This document shows positions 1 to 10,022 of a stretch of 64,000 nucleotides of DNA, one piece after another. The stretch is from a virus. Taxonomy: Duplodnaviria > Heunggongvirae > Uroviricota > Caudoviricetes. Position numbers and translations under genes: made by a program. The stretch lies in IMG/VR virus record IMGVR_UViG_2703718819_000006; one strand, given 5' to 3'. Position 1 is the first letter of the stretch; the number at the start of each line of letters is the position of its first letter. The notes beneath the pieces were generated by a model. That model saw only the letters and a list, made by a program, of their open reading frames with translations, did no database searches and was not told where the DNA came from.

Positions 1-1500
1 AACCATTGAGCAAGCTGACGCAACCCATCGATTGCCGTTGTTAACCCCGAACCTAAAGAATTGGCAAACGAAATCCCTTCGGCGCTATTCATGATTGAAG
101 CCAGTTCTTTCATCCCCTTCGATAGAGAATCCAGATATCCGGCCTGACCAACCCGATCAGCAAATAACGTGAATGACGTCTGAAGTTGCGCCAGCGCACC
201 TGTGTAGGTTTGCATCATGTCTTTCGCTGCGTTCTCATTCTCCGCACGCAGACCAACAAACATCAGAGACAACGCCTGCTTTGCCTCAACCGTACCGCTG
301 GCAACGGCTTTAGTCAGTTCCCCCATAGTGATGCCTGCAGCGTCTGCCATTGCCTGCATCGCGTTAGGAACGGCTTCACCTAATTGCTGACGTAGCTCTT
401 CCATTGACACGACGCCCTTACCGGACATCTGCTGAACGGCCACAGCCGCACGTTTCAACAGCTCACTATCACCACCAAAACGAGCAACGGAGTCCACCAG
501 CGCCTTCAGAGAGCCATCGGTTGGATCTAAGCCAGCAGAACGAAACTTCACGAAGGAATCTGTTAACGCCTGCATCGCGAACGGCGCATTTTGAGCCATG
601 TCTACGATGTACTTCATATCATCGGCGGCAGCCTGGCCAGGGTTAGACTTCTCCTTATTCAACCCACGAAGCATCACCCGCATACGTTCCATTTCGGCCG
701 CAGCTTCAACAATAGGCTTCTGCCATCCAAACATGATGTCAGTAACCGTTCTGGCTGCATCTCCGATCTCGCCAAGCAGGAAAATGTTGCCACGCAGGCC
801 AGAGAACATACCTCCTTCGTTACTTTTACCGCTATGGCCAGAAGCGCCGCTACGCCGCCCGCTGCCACCATCGCCACTGCCAGATGTACGAACGCGTACC
901 GGCTTGCTAATCAGTTGTTGACGTCCGATAACTTCGTCCATCTGCTCACGAACCTTTTTCAGTCCCTCGGCAGCCTGACTCGTTGTGACACCCCAATTAC
1001 TGAGTCGCTTCGTCGTGGTATTAAGGCGCGTATTCATGCCACTCACGGACGCAGAGGCCTCTTTGACCTCCGTACCAAAGCGGCTTGCGCTTTTGCTTGC
1101 ATAGGTCGCCCAATCAGAGAAATCATTTAGCTCTGATTGCACTTTACGTAATGACGCGGTGAGTTTATCTACTGAAGAAGTTGTCGTATCGACGCGCTCA
1201 ATCAGAGCTTTAAGACCAGAATTGAGGCTGGTGATGTTGCCACGCATTTTACGCGTAGCATCTGAAGCAAGCTCAAAACCGGCAGCTACATCCTGTAGTT
1301 TATCTGCCGTAGAATCGAGCTTGCTTTCCAGAACGCCAATGATACGGGCGACCGAACCCAAAGAGCGTTCAAAGGTTTGGATTTTTTGAACAGGCTTTGT
1401 TACCTGCTCACCAAATCGAGTAAGCAGTTTTCCCGCACGATCGATTGACGCTGTAAACTGTTTGTCTTCCAGCGACAGGATAAACTCTACGTTTTGTGAC
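1..1500 (-). CDS. tail tape-measure protein, N-terminal ~500 codons (gene continues beyond window start)
   Basis: Own translation of minus strand from ATG at 1500 stays open to position 1 (MSQNVEFILSLEDKQ...); helical Ala/Gln/Leu-rich composition; position directly after chaperone pair. Absent from ORF track because no stop in window. Confidence 0.7.
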
Positions 1501-1509
1501 ATTCCCTTG

Positions 1510-1779
1510 TCATCCTCTGCCAAATATTTGCATCAGTTGCTCTTTGGCGTCAGGGTCTGCCTTATCCTGGCTTGGATCGTAGACTTTATCTGTTACGACT
1601 GGTCTTCCAATCCTGAGTTGCAAACCCTCCATGAACGCCTTCACAGCCTCGCCATCCGCCTGGGACGCACGAGCGACTTGTAAGTTGCGGACATCCTCTT
1701 CCGCACGCAGACGGTCTATATTGCGACTGAGCATCCAGAACATCGTGAGAGGGATGTTCAATAGCTCTAATGGCGACAC
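1510..1779 (-). CDS. tail assembly chaperone, frameshift-extension segment (T part of G/GT pair); frame open upstream to ~1899
   Basis: ORF in -1 frame relative to 1860..2177, overlapping its 3' end; A-rich GAAAAAG-like stretch near 1875-1885; classic position between major tail and TMP. Confidence 0.4.
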   Translation of the reverse strand: MSPLELLNIPLTMFWMLSRNIDRLRAEEDVRNLQVARASQADGEAVKAFMEGLQLRIGRPVVTDKVYDPSQDKADPDAKEQLMQIFGRG

Positions 1780-1859
1780 AGCGTAGTGAGCAACTACACG
1801 ACTGAAATAGAATCCGAGATCTATTGAAACGGTCCTTGTCCCGGATTCATCGCGGGAAA

Positions 1860-2177
1860 TTACTTTGCCCCTTCGCCAGCCGCTTTTTCGTTTTCTTCAT
1901 CAATCACTTCCATAGCGAAGGTGAAGATCTGCTGGAGTTGCGGAACTGTCAGTTTTTCGAGAACTTCGTTAGGTACTGAAGGGATAACCTTACGAACCAG
2001 ATCTGCATAAGCTGTCACTTGCTCAACAGGAGACATGTTCATGAGATCTTTGCCTTCCATCTGCTTGATGGAAACGAACAAACCTACCGTCATTTCAACG
2101 ATGGGATATTCCTGACCGCCAAATTTGATGCTTTTCTTCGGAGGCAGAATGGAATCGAGATCGAGTAATTTGGTCAT
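1860..2177 (-). CDS. tail assembly chaperone (G-like)
   Basis: 105 aa acidic ORF between major tail protein and TMP; followed by overlapping -1 frame ORF. Confidence 0.5.
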   Translation of the reverse strand: MTKLLDLDSILPPKKSIKFGGQEYPIVEMTVGLFVSIKQMEGKDLMNMSPVEQVTAYADLVRKVIPSVPNEVLEKLTVPQLQQIFTFAMEVIDEENEKAAGEGAK

Positions 2178-2197
2178 TGGTTTAAATCCTTTTAAAA

Positions 2198-2222
2198 GAG
2201 AGGCTCATCCTGAGCCTCATTA
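2198..2222 (-). terminator. hairpin (aggctca/tgagcct) followed by T-rich tract on minus strand
   Basis: Inverted repeat 2201-2217 seen in sequence, downstream of major tail gene stop. Confidence 0.4.
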
Positions 2223-2232
2223 TTAATTCTAT

Positions 2233-3006
2233 TTATTCAGATACGGTGACTGAGACGGTAGACGTTTTTGCGCCATCATCAGACGTAAAGGTTACATTTG
2301 CAGTTCCCTCACTTACACCTGTAACTAAACCTCTCTGATCAACATTCGCATGTTCAGAGTCAGATGACCAAATTCCCGTCTTATTAGTCGCCTCAGCCGG
2401 AGTAAAACCCACACTCAACTGCACTGTTTCACCAACATTTACAGTAGGTGATGCTGGTGAAATAGTTACACTTTGAACAGGCTTAGGCGTGGCCATTTTT
2501 CCAAGAACACCATTATCATCAGGGTATGCAGAGAAAGCTACAGAGAACACTCGAACATCATCAGACTGGTAGGTCATAGTGAAGTTGCCTGCTGTAGCGG
2601 CTTTGGGAATAATCAGCACATAGTCTGTTCCATCCTGAGGTGTCAGGATTAACTCTTTTGCCACATCAATAAGGTTTACGCCATATGCTGATGTAATAGT
2701 CACCACATCCCCCTCTTCACTCATAGAAGAGCCGGGCATCAAGTCGACCATATTTTTGAGCACAGATTCTGCTAAAGGCGCAGTGATGGTGATGTTACGC
2801 CCTTGAACCAACTCGGATATTGTTGTTTGTCCTAGCTGGTCTACGGTGACTTTCAGAGTCTCAGTCGCCACTTCAACCTGAACACCACCTTTGGTGTAAC
2901 CCAAATCCACACCACCAAACGACACCTTGCAGGCACCAAGTTTGATGTTTTTTACATGGGTATTAGACATTGATGGAAAACTCCTTTTTCCTTTAATTCT
3001 ACGCAT
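2233..3006 (-). CDS. major tail (tube) protein with C-terminal Ig-like (Big_2-type) domain
   Basis: 257 aa; C-terminal ~80 aa (VQSVTISPASPTVNVGETVQLSV...TVSVTVSE) matches bacterial Ig-like repeat pattern also present three times in 5630..6550; gene order upstream of chaperones/TMP. Confidence 0.55.
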   Translation of the reverse strand: MRRIKGKRSFPSMSNTHVKNIKLGACKVSFGGVDLGYTKGGVQVEVATETLKVTVDQLGQTTISELVQGRNITITAPLAESVLKNMVDLMPGSSMSEEGDVVTITSAYGVNLIDVAKELILTPQDGTDYVLIIPKAATAGNFTMTYQSDDVRVFSVAFSAYPDDNGVLGKMATPKPVQSVTISPASPTVNVGETVQLSVGFTPAEATNKTGIWSSDSEHANVDQRGLVTGVSEGTANVTFTSDDGAKTSTVSVTVSE

Positions 3007-3018
3007 TCATTGCGCTAA

Positions 3019-3038
3019 TGGTAAGTATATACTTACCA
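3019..3038. promoter_or_regulatory. family-2 palindrome TGGTAAGTATATACTTACCA upstream of major tail gene
   Basis: Perfect 20-bp palindrome in intergenic gap 3007-3044. Confidence 0.5.
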
Positions 3039-3044
3039 ATTGAG

Positions 3045-3401
3045 TTAATTCAATAAATAGCCAGCAAATTCAACAGGAATGCCTGCTTCTATTAATGCCC
3101 CATCATTTTTGGGATAAATGATTGGCATCGCCATCGGTCGTACAAGTCGAAAATAAACACCACCAGATTCCGTTTCCTCTACTGGAAACATCTCAATGAT
3201 TTTATTGGCTTTCTCAACCGTCGTAGTAATTGACGAACCACGCACAATGATTGTGAATGATTCGTGATAAAAGCCCTGTAGCTCATGATCGATGCTGATA
3301 CCAGTATTTGGGTTAATAAGCAGGACGCCAGATTTCACATTGGCAGGCAAATAGTGACAGAAAATGTCAGTCCCGACCGTGCCAATCTTTGCCTTCTGCA
3401 T
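3045..3401 (-). CDS. hypothetical structural (neck/tail completion) protein; start probably internal Met (MQKAKIG) at 3401
   Basis: ORF 3045..3551 overlaps upstream gene by 120 bp unless internal start used; within morphogenesis cluster. Confidence 0.35.
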   Translation of the reverse strand: MQKAKIGTVGTDIFCHYLPANVKSGVLLINPNTGISIDHELQGFYHESFTIIVRGSSITTTVEKANKIIEMFPVEETESGGVYFRLVRPMAMPIIYPKNDGALIEAGIPVEFAGYLLN

Positions 3402-3429
3402 CAAACTTGCAAACGCTTCAATAAACACA

Positions 3430-3903
3430 TTAACCTCTCGTAAATCCGGATTTTCTGGCAGCCTCAAGAATCGCTTCTGAGAACTGCTTCTCGCTAATTT
3501 CCACCGCTCTTTCCAGAAAGTGTGGCCCAACACGAGGTTTAACACCGGCAATTGGTGGGTTTGTCACGTTCTTCATTCGAGAAAGATAACCGAGTCGGTA
3601 TTTACCCAGCTCCATGTACTTAGCATAGTCACCGACTTCTACGCCCGGATGCCCCTGACGTGGTTTTGCTCCAGACACAGAAAGCTCAATGCGCAGCCCT
3701 GAATAACCTTCTTTAATCACCCTGGCAAAGATGGCTGTCTCCAGAGAGCCGGTTTCCAGCGGGGCCATTGCACGGCTGAGACGCTCAACCAAACGCGCCA
3801 GCTTTTCCATGTCCCGAATAAGATATCGTTTAAATGCTTTCTGGCTGTTGTTGAGTCGATTCCCCGCACGTTTGAACTGATGCGCATCGTATTTCAGACC
3901 CAT
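3430..3903 (-). CDS. hypothetical head-tail joining protein
   Basis: 157 aa ORF in connector region between capsid and tail genes; position only. Confidence 0.35.
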   Translation of the reverse strand: MGLKYDAHQFKRAGNRLNNSQKAFKRYLIRDMEKLARLVERLSRAMAPLETGSLETAIFARVIKEGYSGLRIELSVSGAKPRQGHPGVEVGDYAKYMELGKYRLGYLSRMKNVTNPPIAGVKPRVGPHFLERAVEISEKQFSEAILEAARKSGFTRG

Positions 3904-4295
3904 ATATTCGCCCCTACTTCAAGATGCCCAGGTCTTCCTCGTAGCCCCCAGCGGCGATGAACACTGGACACCTTTAATTTTTGACCTTCAAGAATCAGTA
4001 CATCATCAAGTTGTACAGCCGCTTCCAAAGGGACAACTAACACAGCATCAAACAGCTCCAGACTCGCCTTACCACGACTACCAGAGCTATCAGCACGAAC
4101 TGACGATTTCTCATTACTCTGTTCGAACTTAACCACGCCGACATTCGTCTTCCTGACGAATTGTAATTGCGCCTCACCGTAAACGTTCTTTGCGCCAAAG
4201 CGGTAGATCGCAATTTCTGTTTGCCATGAAATATTCATGCTCTCTCCCTGTTGTTGTCGGTCGCTCTCATTACTGGCCAAAACCCTGTAGACCAA
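3894..4295 (-). CDS. hypothetical head-tail connector protein
   Basis: 133 aa ORF, overlapping stop/start with neighbour; position only. Confidence 0.35.
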   Translation of the reverse strand: MVYRVLASNESDRQQQGESMNISWQTEIAIYRFGAKNVYGEAQLQFVRKTNVGVVKFEQSNEKSSVRADSSGSRGKASLELFDAVLVVPLEAAVQLDDVLILEGQKLKVSSVHRRWGLRGRPGHLEVGANIWV

Positions 4296-4316
4296 AAGTA
4301 AATAATGCGACTGGCG

Positions 4317-5150
4317 TTACGCACGGCGAACAATCATACGGTTGTTGATGTAACTGACCAGCAAGCGCCAGGTACTACGAGCCACATGCACGTTTGCAGC
4401 TTTGCCGGTACGGTACATGTTGGTTGTTTCACCGATGGACTCTGACAAAATGCCATCCTCTCGTGCTGCGGCTACATCATTGCCATTTGCGATCTCACAC
4501 GCTTCGTTGACAACGGCGAGCATCAACGCTTCTTTGAAGTAGTCAGGGAACTCTTCAAACTTCTCCTGCGTCATCTTTTCCCAATCAACTAAATCATGCC
4601 GGTATGCTCCATCTGCTCCCCACGGAATGTCATACACATTCAGCATATTTTGAGGACGATCGTATCGGTCAAAGTCGATACGTAGAATTTTGCGGATTGA
4701 GAACGGTAAAGTTTTAATTCGTCTGGTAGCCTCAATGAGACGCTTGCGCATTAAACCTTCACCATCCGACAGCAAAGTGTCCCCATTCAGCATATCGATC
4801 GCCTGCATTTGAGCATCAGCGACAGTTGCAAACGACTGTTCTGGTATCGACAGTTCAAAACTATTTAGCAGAACATACATTTGTCGCTCTTCATGCGTCA
4901 GTCCTGATGCAACAGCCTTCACAATGACGTATCGCAGATCGCGTTCTTTCTCAGAGAGTCGATTATATTTAGCCGACACTACAACCGGAATCGACATTTG
5001 CCCGCTGGTAATTTCTAGCGACTCACCATCAACGAGAATAGCCCCGGTGCTGTCCTTTACTGTGTAGGTAGCAGATTCGATATCCAGCACGTTGAAGGCA
5101 AATGAAAGAGAAACGGCTTCACCGCTACGATACGAGTTGATCTGCGCCAT
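4317..5150 (-). CDS. hypothetical structural protein
   Basis: 277 aa ORF in morphogenesis operon; stop/start overlap with 5150..5584. Confidence 0.4.
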   Translation of the reverse strand: MAQINSYRSGEAVSLSFAFNVLDIESATYTVKDSTGAILVDGESLEITSGQMSIPVVVSAKYNRLSEKERDLRYVIVKAVASGLTHEERQMYVLLNSFELSIPEQSFATVADAQMQAIDMLNGDTLLSDGEGLMRKRLIEATRRIKTLPFSIRKILRIDFDRYDRPQNMLNVYDIPWGADGAYRHDLVDWEKMTQEKFEEFPDYFKEALMLAVVNEACEIANGNDVAAAREDGILSESIGETTNMYRTGKAANVHVARSTWRLLVSYINNRMIVRRA

Positions 5151-5584
5151 TAATCACCGCCTTGTGCTTTCAGGATGCCTTCAATCATCTCGACGATTCC
5201 TTTCGCTTTAACACCCACCTGATTACCAATCACACGTAGACCAGCAATGCCTTCATTGTCTGCAATTGACTCCAACTCTTCTCGTGTGAAAGTCTGGATC
5301 TGTTTGGCCGGTTTATCTGGCGTCCCACGTTTCATTGGCACAATGTCAGGCGCTGCTGGCTCGGTGATCATGTCTACAGTCAATTCACCACGGTCACTGT
5401 ATGCGGCTGACGGAGAAACATTTTTGCCCTCTACTGTTGACGCTCGCATTGAGGCACAAATCCTCTGCTGATCAATAAAAGGCAACTCAGCTACGGACAC
5501 CCCATTCTCGAACTGAACGCCACACAGTACTCCCGAATAACCGGAAAATTGCGGTTCTAATAAAACAATTTTTGCTGGTTTCAT
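5150..5584 (-). CDS. hypothetical structural protein
   Basis: 144 aa ORF in morphogenesis operon. Confidence 0.4.
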   Translation of the reverse strand: MKPAKIVLLEPQFSGYSGVLCGVQFENGVSVAELPFIDQQRICASMRASTVEGKNVSPSAAYSDRGELTVDMITEPAAPDIVPMKRGTPDKPAKQIQTFTREELESIADNEGIAGLRVIGNQVGVKAKGIVEMIEGILKAQGGD

Positions 5585-5600
5585 AACGCTTTCTCTCTAT

Positions 5601-5624
5601 ATTGGGCGGCGAAAGCCGCCCAAT
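5601..5624. terminator. perfect 10-bp stem hairpin ATTGGGCGGC-GAAA-GCCGCCCAAT
   Basis: Seen in sequence in gap between 5584 and 5630. Confidence 0.4.
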
Positions 5625-5629
5625 ATTGA

Positions 5630-6550
5630 TTATTCCTGTGCGGCAGTAACTTCTACAGTAGCTGTCGCTTTGTGGCTACCATCTTGGGTAGTAACCTCGA
5701 TTGTGGCAGTGCCAGCCGCAACACCAGTTACAACACCGGTTTCGCTGTCCACCGTTGCAAACTCGGTATTTTTGGATTCCCAAGTAACGGTTTTATTTGT
5801 GGCTCCTGCCGGTTCTACATTTGCGGTCAACTGAACAGTGCTGTTTTCTTCAACTGTCGTGCTGCTTGGTTCAATCTCGACACCAGTAACAGACACAACA
5901 GGCGATGTGACTTCCACCGTTGCGGTTGCCTTTTTGCCGCCATCTTCTGTAGTAACCTCGATTATGGCAGTCCCAACCTCAACACCAGTAACGTTTCCAC
6001 TCTGGTCTACCGTTGCCTTGTCCTCATTTTTGGAAGTCCATGTAACTGCCTTATTAGTCGCATTAGACGGTTGAATATTTGCTGTCAGATTGACCGTATT
6101 ACCCTTCTCAACACTCGTTGAGTTCGGCGTTAAAGTTACGGATTGAACGGCAATTGGGTTCACCGTAACTTCCACTGATGCTGAAAGCTGGGTTTCCCGA
6201 TCTGTGGCAGTAATATTTACTTTCCCTGGATTCACACCTGTCACCAGCCCACTGTCGTTTACTGTTGCAATTCGATCATTGTCTGATTCCCAAGTAAACG
6301 AACTAACACTCTTGCTCATTGTGATACCTGCACTTAATTGAACCGTTTCCCCAACCATAATTGACGGCGATACCGGGGTGATATTTACGGTTTGGAAGAA
6401 AGGAATCGCCTGTAAACAAGCAGATAGCTGACTCTGCTGTCGATCGGTTAAAGGTTCGTTGGAGATAGAATTGGTAAATCCGGCACGGCACATATGCCCC
6501 GTAAAATCCGAAAATGCCTCTTCCGTAATCTTCATCTTTTGTTCTGGCAT
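5630..6550 (-). CDS. Ig-like (Big_2-type) triple-repeat protein, probable capsid decoration / surface protein
   Basis: 306 aa; three tandem ~85 aa repeats each with motif VxxGxTxQLxAxxxPxxATNKxVTWxSxNxxxATVDxxGxVTGVxxGTAxI; immediately downstream of major capsid gene. Confidence 0.6.
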   Translation of the reverse strand: MPEQKMKITEEAFSDFTGHMCRAGFTNSISNEPLTDRQQSQLSACLQAIPFFQTVNITPVSPSIMVGETVQLSAGITMSKSVSSFTWESDNDRIATVNDSGLVTGVNPGKVNITATDRETQLSASVEVTVNPIAVQSVTLTPNSTSVEKGNTVNLTANIQPSNATNKAVTWTSKNEDKATVDQSGNVTGVEVGTAIIEVTTEDGGKKATATVEVTSPVVSVTGVEIEPSSTTVEENSTVQLTANVEPAGATNKTVTWESKNTEFATVDSETGVVTGVAAGTATIEVTTQDGSHKATATVEVTAAQE

Positions 6551-6564
6551 TTCTCGCTCCTACA

Positions 6565-6596
6565 AAAAGGGTGGGCGTATAGCCCACCCTTTAACA
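6565..6596 (-). terminator. hairpin AAAGGGTGGGC..GCCCACCCTTT followed by T-run on minus strand
   Basis: Inverted repeat seen directly downstream of capsid gene stop (6624). Confidence 0.5.
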
Positions 6597-6597
6597 T

Positions 6598-6613
6598 AGA
6601 TAATTACCTATCT
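6598..6613. promoter_or_regulatory. family-2 palindrome AGATAATTACCTATCT
   Basis: Palindrome in gap upstream of 5630..6550 start. Confidence 0.4.
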
Positions 6614-6623
6614 ACTACACTGA

Positions 6624-7502
6624 TTAAATTTTTACATTGGTCAGTGCAGCGATAGCCTTATCGTGCTTATTCGCCAGAGAGCAGTACCACTTCACACGGG
6701 TACGTACTGCGTCTTTGTTCTGTACAGTACCAATGTTTTCAACAACGATACCTGCGTTGTCGCCGCCATACAGACCAGTAACGCCGTTCTCTTCAGAAAG
6801 GTGCAGACAGTAGATATCCGCTTTGGTGGAGTCCACAACCGGAATGAAGTCGTTTACGATAAACGGAACGCCGTTATGGCACAGCATTGGTCGACCGAAG
6901 TTTTCCATCATGATTTCGGACGGGCCTACGTTTACAGTTCGCAGCAGCGCACGATATGCGCGAAGATGCTCAGAACGCATCATGATGCAGTCTGCGCCCA
7001 GATCTTTAACTGCGTCGACCAGTTCGTCGAACATAGAGAAAGTCATGGATGCGCCGGAGATGTCGATCTTCTGATCGTCATGCATCAGCTTCGGAATACC
7101 GTCGAAGGCTTTGTTGTTAGTGGTGGAGTCGCCAACAATCAGATTGCGACGGAAGGCACGAGCAAGACCTTTGACTTTCTGACGAACCTGGATAGCCAGC
7201 TGGTTGTTGGTATCAGCCATAGTGGTAGCCAGGAATTTGTCGACGTCAACGTCGCCAGCCAGAATGCGCAGCTTCGCAACTTTCTCTTCGAAGGTTGCTG
7301 CACCTTCGGTGATGGTGTCGTTCACATCAATGAAAGTAGCTTCGCTCAGCGTTTTTTCACGGTTGTACAGATATGCCTTTGAATTAATTTTCATAAAAGG
7401 CAGGATGGCAAACAGGTCATCGCGATCGATGATAGTTTCGATCACACCCTGTTCAAGTTCGTTGTTAGACAGCTTTTCAGCTTCTTCACGCAGTAATGGC
7501 AT
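6624..7502 (-). CDS. major capsid protein
   Basis: 292 aa ORF directly after scaffold-like coiled-coil protein and portal; highest-expression-style context with strong terminator downstream. Assignment by gene order, not motif. Confidence 0.55.
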   Translation of the reverse strand: MPLLREEAEKLSNNELEQGVIETIIDRDDLFAILPFMKINSKAYLYNREKTLSEATFIDVNDTITEGAATFEEKVAKLRILAGDVDVDKFLATTMADTNNQLAIQVRQKVKGLARAFRRNLIVGDSTTNNKAFDGIPKLMHDDQKIDISGASMTFSMFDELVDAVKDLGADCIMMRSEHLRAYRALLRTVNVGPSEIMMENFGRPMLCHNGVPFIVNDFIPVVDSTKADIYCLHLSEENGVTGLYGGDNAGIVVENIGTVQNKDAVRTRVKWYCSLANKHDKAIAALTNVKI

Positions 7503-7527
7503 CTATCAATTCCCTTTGATTTAGATG

Positions 7528-8415
7528 TTACTTAAGTCCAATTTTCCCCAGACCGGAGGCCAACTTATCCATAGTCGACTTGTTCTTCGGTTGGGATATT
7601 GTGTAGGTCGATTTGGAATGTGAGCCTACACCCTGCTTGGCTTCGCTACGCATCAATGCGTCAGCTTCCGGATCTGCCCGCACAATGCGTTCAATCGCGG
7701 ATTCAAACGGCAACGGCTTACCTTCACCGTCAACCAGAACAGCTCGTTCTTTATGACCTGCCGGTTTGTCATAACCCACTACGCTACCGTCTTCACCCAC
7801 TTCAAAATGAGAACCGTAGATCACGCGGGCTTTTGCCGGGGTCATCAGAACTTTGTCACGTAGGAAGAGAGAGTTACTGAAGGAAGCGCCCACGGTCATC
7901 TCGACTAATTGAGATTTCAGTGATGCGTTTTCACTTTCCAGTGCTGCATAACGTTCGTCACGCTGTGCCAGCTCTGCCTGGTGTGCTTCGATCATCTGTT
8001 TTTTAACAGCATCGAACTCACCACGACGCTCCAGTTCAGCTTGCTCCGCCTCACGACGTGCGTTTTCTGCGGCCTGTTCAGCTTCTAAAAGCTGGCGAGC
8101 ACGAGCCGGATCGATATCACCGTACTGAGCAAGCTGATCGGCCAATGTGCGCTCTTTCTCTTTGCGCTTCATGTTCTCCTTCAGCAGTTCAGCACCAGCT
8201 TTCTTGGTTTTACGAAGTTCGGCCAGTAACTCTTCCTGAGTCATGCCAGCGTATTCGTCATCGCCCTTCGGCTGCTCTTTTTGTTCACCCTGTTTGTCAG
8301 GATCTTGTGTACTCTGCTCATTATCAGCAGCTACACCGCCAGCGCCTCCACGCTCATGCGCTTCAGCGACATCCATCAGACCACGACGGGCCAAAAGCAT
8401 TTGCCACAGATTCAT
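7528..8415 (-). CDS. scaffolding protein
   Basis: 295 aa, highly charged, Glu/Ala/Arg-rich predicted coiled coil (EAEQAAENARREAEQAELERR...), between portal and capsid genes. Confidence 0.5.
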   Translation of the reverse strand: MNLWQMLLARRGLMDVAEAHERGGAGGVAADNEQSTQDPDKQGEQKEQPKGDDEYAGMTQEELLAELRKTKKAGAELLKENMKRKEKERTLADQLAQYGDIDPARARQLLEAEQAAENARREAEQAELERRGEFDAVKKQMIEAHQAELAQRDERYAALESENASLKSQLVEMTVGASFSNSLFLRDKVLMTPAKARVIYGSHFEVGEDGSVVGYDKPAGHKERAVLVDGEGKPLPFESAIERIVRADPEADALMRSEAKQGVGSHSKSTYTISQPKNKSTMDKLASGLGKIGLK

Positions 8416-8436
8416 AAAAATTCCTTTTGTTACTTA

Positions 8437-10011
8437 TCACTCGTTCTCTTGAGTAGATGAGTCCCCATTCCCTCGGGGTTGATCTTGCCCGCTTTCTTGG
8501 GCTGCACCACGATCATAAGTAAGTACTGACTTATTTTCAAGGGTATTTAGATCATTTTTTGGAGGAAAATTCAAGAGATCTTTATCAAATTCCTTTTTCA
8601 TCGCCTCAGTAATGTTCGGGAAAATCTTCTCAATAAGCATTTCCATCTGGTGACGACGTACAGAGTCCGGTGCCTGAAGTAATGACAGTTTCTCGGCAAC
8701 AGCAAATTCATCAGTAAGGCCACGAATATCGAAACTTTCTGGATACGCAATTAAAGAGTGGTCTTCGTCCAGATCTACCCCCATCCATTTCGCAACCAGT
8801 AGCATGATTTGGCGTTCAGCCCTTTCCAGACGCTCTGCTTTTGTGACAAGCAAGCTATTTACACGCTGGAAGTCATACATTTTTGCGGCACCAGATGAAT
8901 TATCGATTCCCTGTGCGTTGTCCTGCTTCGTTCGCTCACCAGCTACACCAACTGAATGGTAGATTTCGTTAATCACCGTCTTAATCGTAGTGATGATCAT
9001 CTGAGCTTGTTTCGGGTCTGGTGACAGATAAAACGGCTGGTTTCCACCTTCAGAATCGTAGGTGAAGACTCGCTTTGTGCCCATTTCAAGCACTTTAGTG
9101 TGGTTTTCATCACCAGGTAAAAGCGACTGTACCGGTATAGCCAACTGGCTAAATGTCTGATCCTGAATAATGGCATCAAGGTTTGACAGATAGTTTGCAA
9201 CCGCACGATCAAGATAAGCGATATCATCGATCAACGATGGGCTGAAATACGGTGATTCACTTTCTCCAATACAATCAACAGGAAACACAGGAACTACGCC
9301 GAGATTATGCTCACCGCTATCCTCTAAAATAACTTTTGCCTGACGGCGACCTGCTCCACCAGCGCCCTTCTTCACTTCCTCACGGAACAGATACCACTCG
9401 TTTTGTGTCCACAGACGATAACGTTGGTATTCCTGACCTGTAGAAGTAAAAGGATCTGCGTCATCACGAGCGACTTCCACAATTAACGCCCACAACATAT
9501 TCCCGTCGTCGTCCCATGCCACATCCAGCATTTGCTGAGGTGAAATCCAGTAGGCGTAGGCGCGAGCATCTTTCTTTTTCTCGTCAGCTACTGACTCAAC
9601 ATCACCACTCATCGTGCTATCGACAACAACCCATATGCGACCGTAAATAGACGACTGCAAATCAATAGCGGCCATAAATGAGTCAATAGAGGCATTCTGG
9701 CGAGTCGCACGTTTCCAGAAATTGCGGATCTGCTCTGGTGCCTCTTCGATATTTCTATGAATGTCTTCTTTAAAGAGATATTTGTTGATGAGGTTTACCA
9801 CCTCACGAGTGTGGTTGAAACGATAAGCACGCTCAACTCGCTCCTTAAACTCCTGATCTCCCTCTTTAAAGTAACGAAAGATATTGTCTGTAAACCAACC
9901 ACGCCCGCCAGCGTAAGTGCTGGCGAGGAAGTCCCAATGTTCTTTTTTCTTTTCGTATTCCGGGTGGCGTCGCGCCACCAGATCCTTAATTTGTTTGTCG
10001 TTCAATTCCAT
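8437..10011 (-). CDS. portal protein
   Basis: 524 aa ORF immediately downstream of terminase large subunit; size and position typical. Confidence 0.6.
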   Translation of the reverse strand: MELNDKQIKDLVARRHPEYEKKKEHWDFLASTYAGGRGWFTDNIFRYFKEGDQEFKERVERAYRFNHTREVVNLINKYLFKEDIHRNIEEAPEQIRNFWKRATRQNASIDSFMAAIDLQSSIYGRIWVVVDSTMSGDVESVADEKKKDARAYAYWISPQQMLDVAWDDDGNMLWALIVEVARDDADPFTSTGQEYQRYRLWTQNEWYLFREEVKKGAGGAGRRQAKVILEDSGEHNLGVVPVFPVDCIGESESPYFSPSLIDDIAYLDRAVANYLSNLDAIIQDQTFSQLAIPVQSLLPGDENHTKVLEMGTKRVFTYDSEGGNQPFYLSPDPKQAQMIITTIKTVINEIYHSVGVAGERTKQDNAQGIDNSSGAAKMYDFQRVNSLLVTKAERLERAERQIMLLVAKWMGVDLDEDHSLIAYPESFDIRGLTDEFAVAEKLSLLQAPDSVRRHQMEMLIEKIFPNITEAMKKEFDKDLLNFPPKNDLNTLENKSVLTYDRGAAQESGQDQPRGNGDSSTQENE

Positions 10012-10022
10012 TTGAATAACCT

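Noticed and set aside
186-1389. Plus-strand ORFs (186..383, 404..646, 591..1130, 598..921, 1159..1389) over the first 1.4 kb
   Set aside because: They lie antisense to a continuous minus-strand tape-measure reading frame with coherent helical protein sequence; the plus-strand products are low-complexity (Arg/Ser/Pro-rich).
5672-7524. Long plus-strand ORFs 5672..6121, 6663..7382, 7204..7524
   Set aside because: Antisense to the Ig-like decoration and major capsid genes; Cys/Arg-rich composition.
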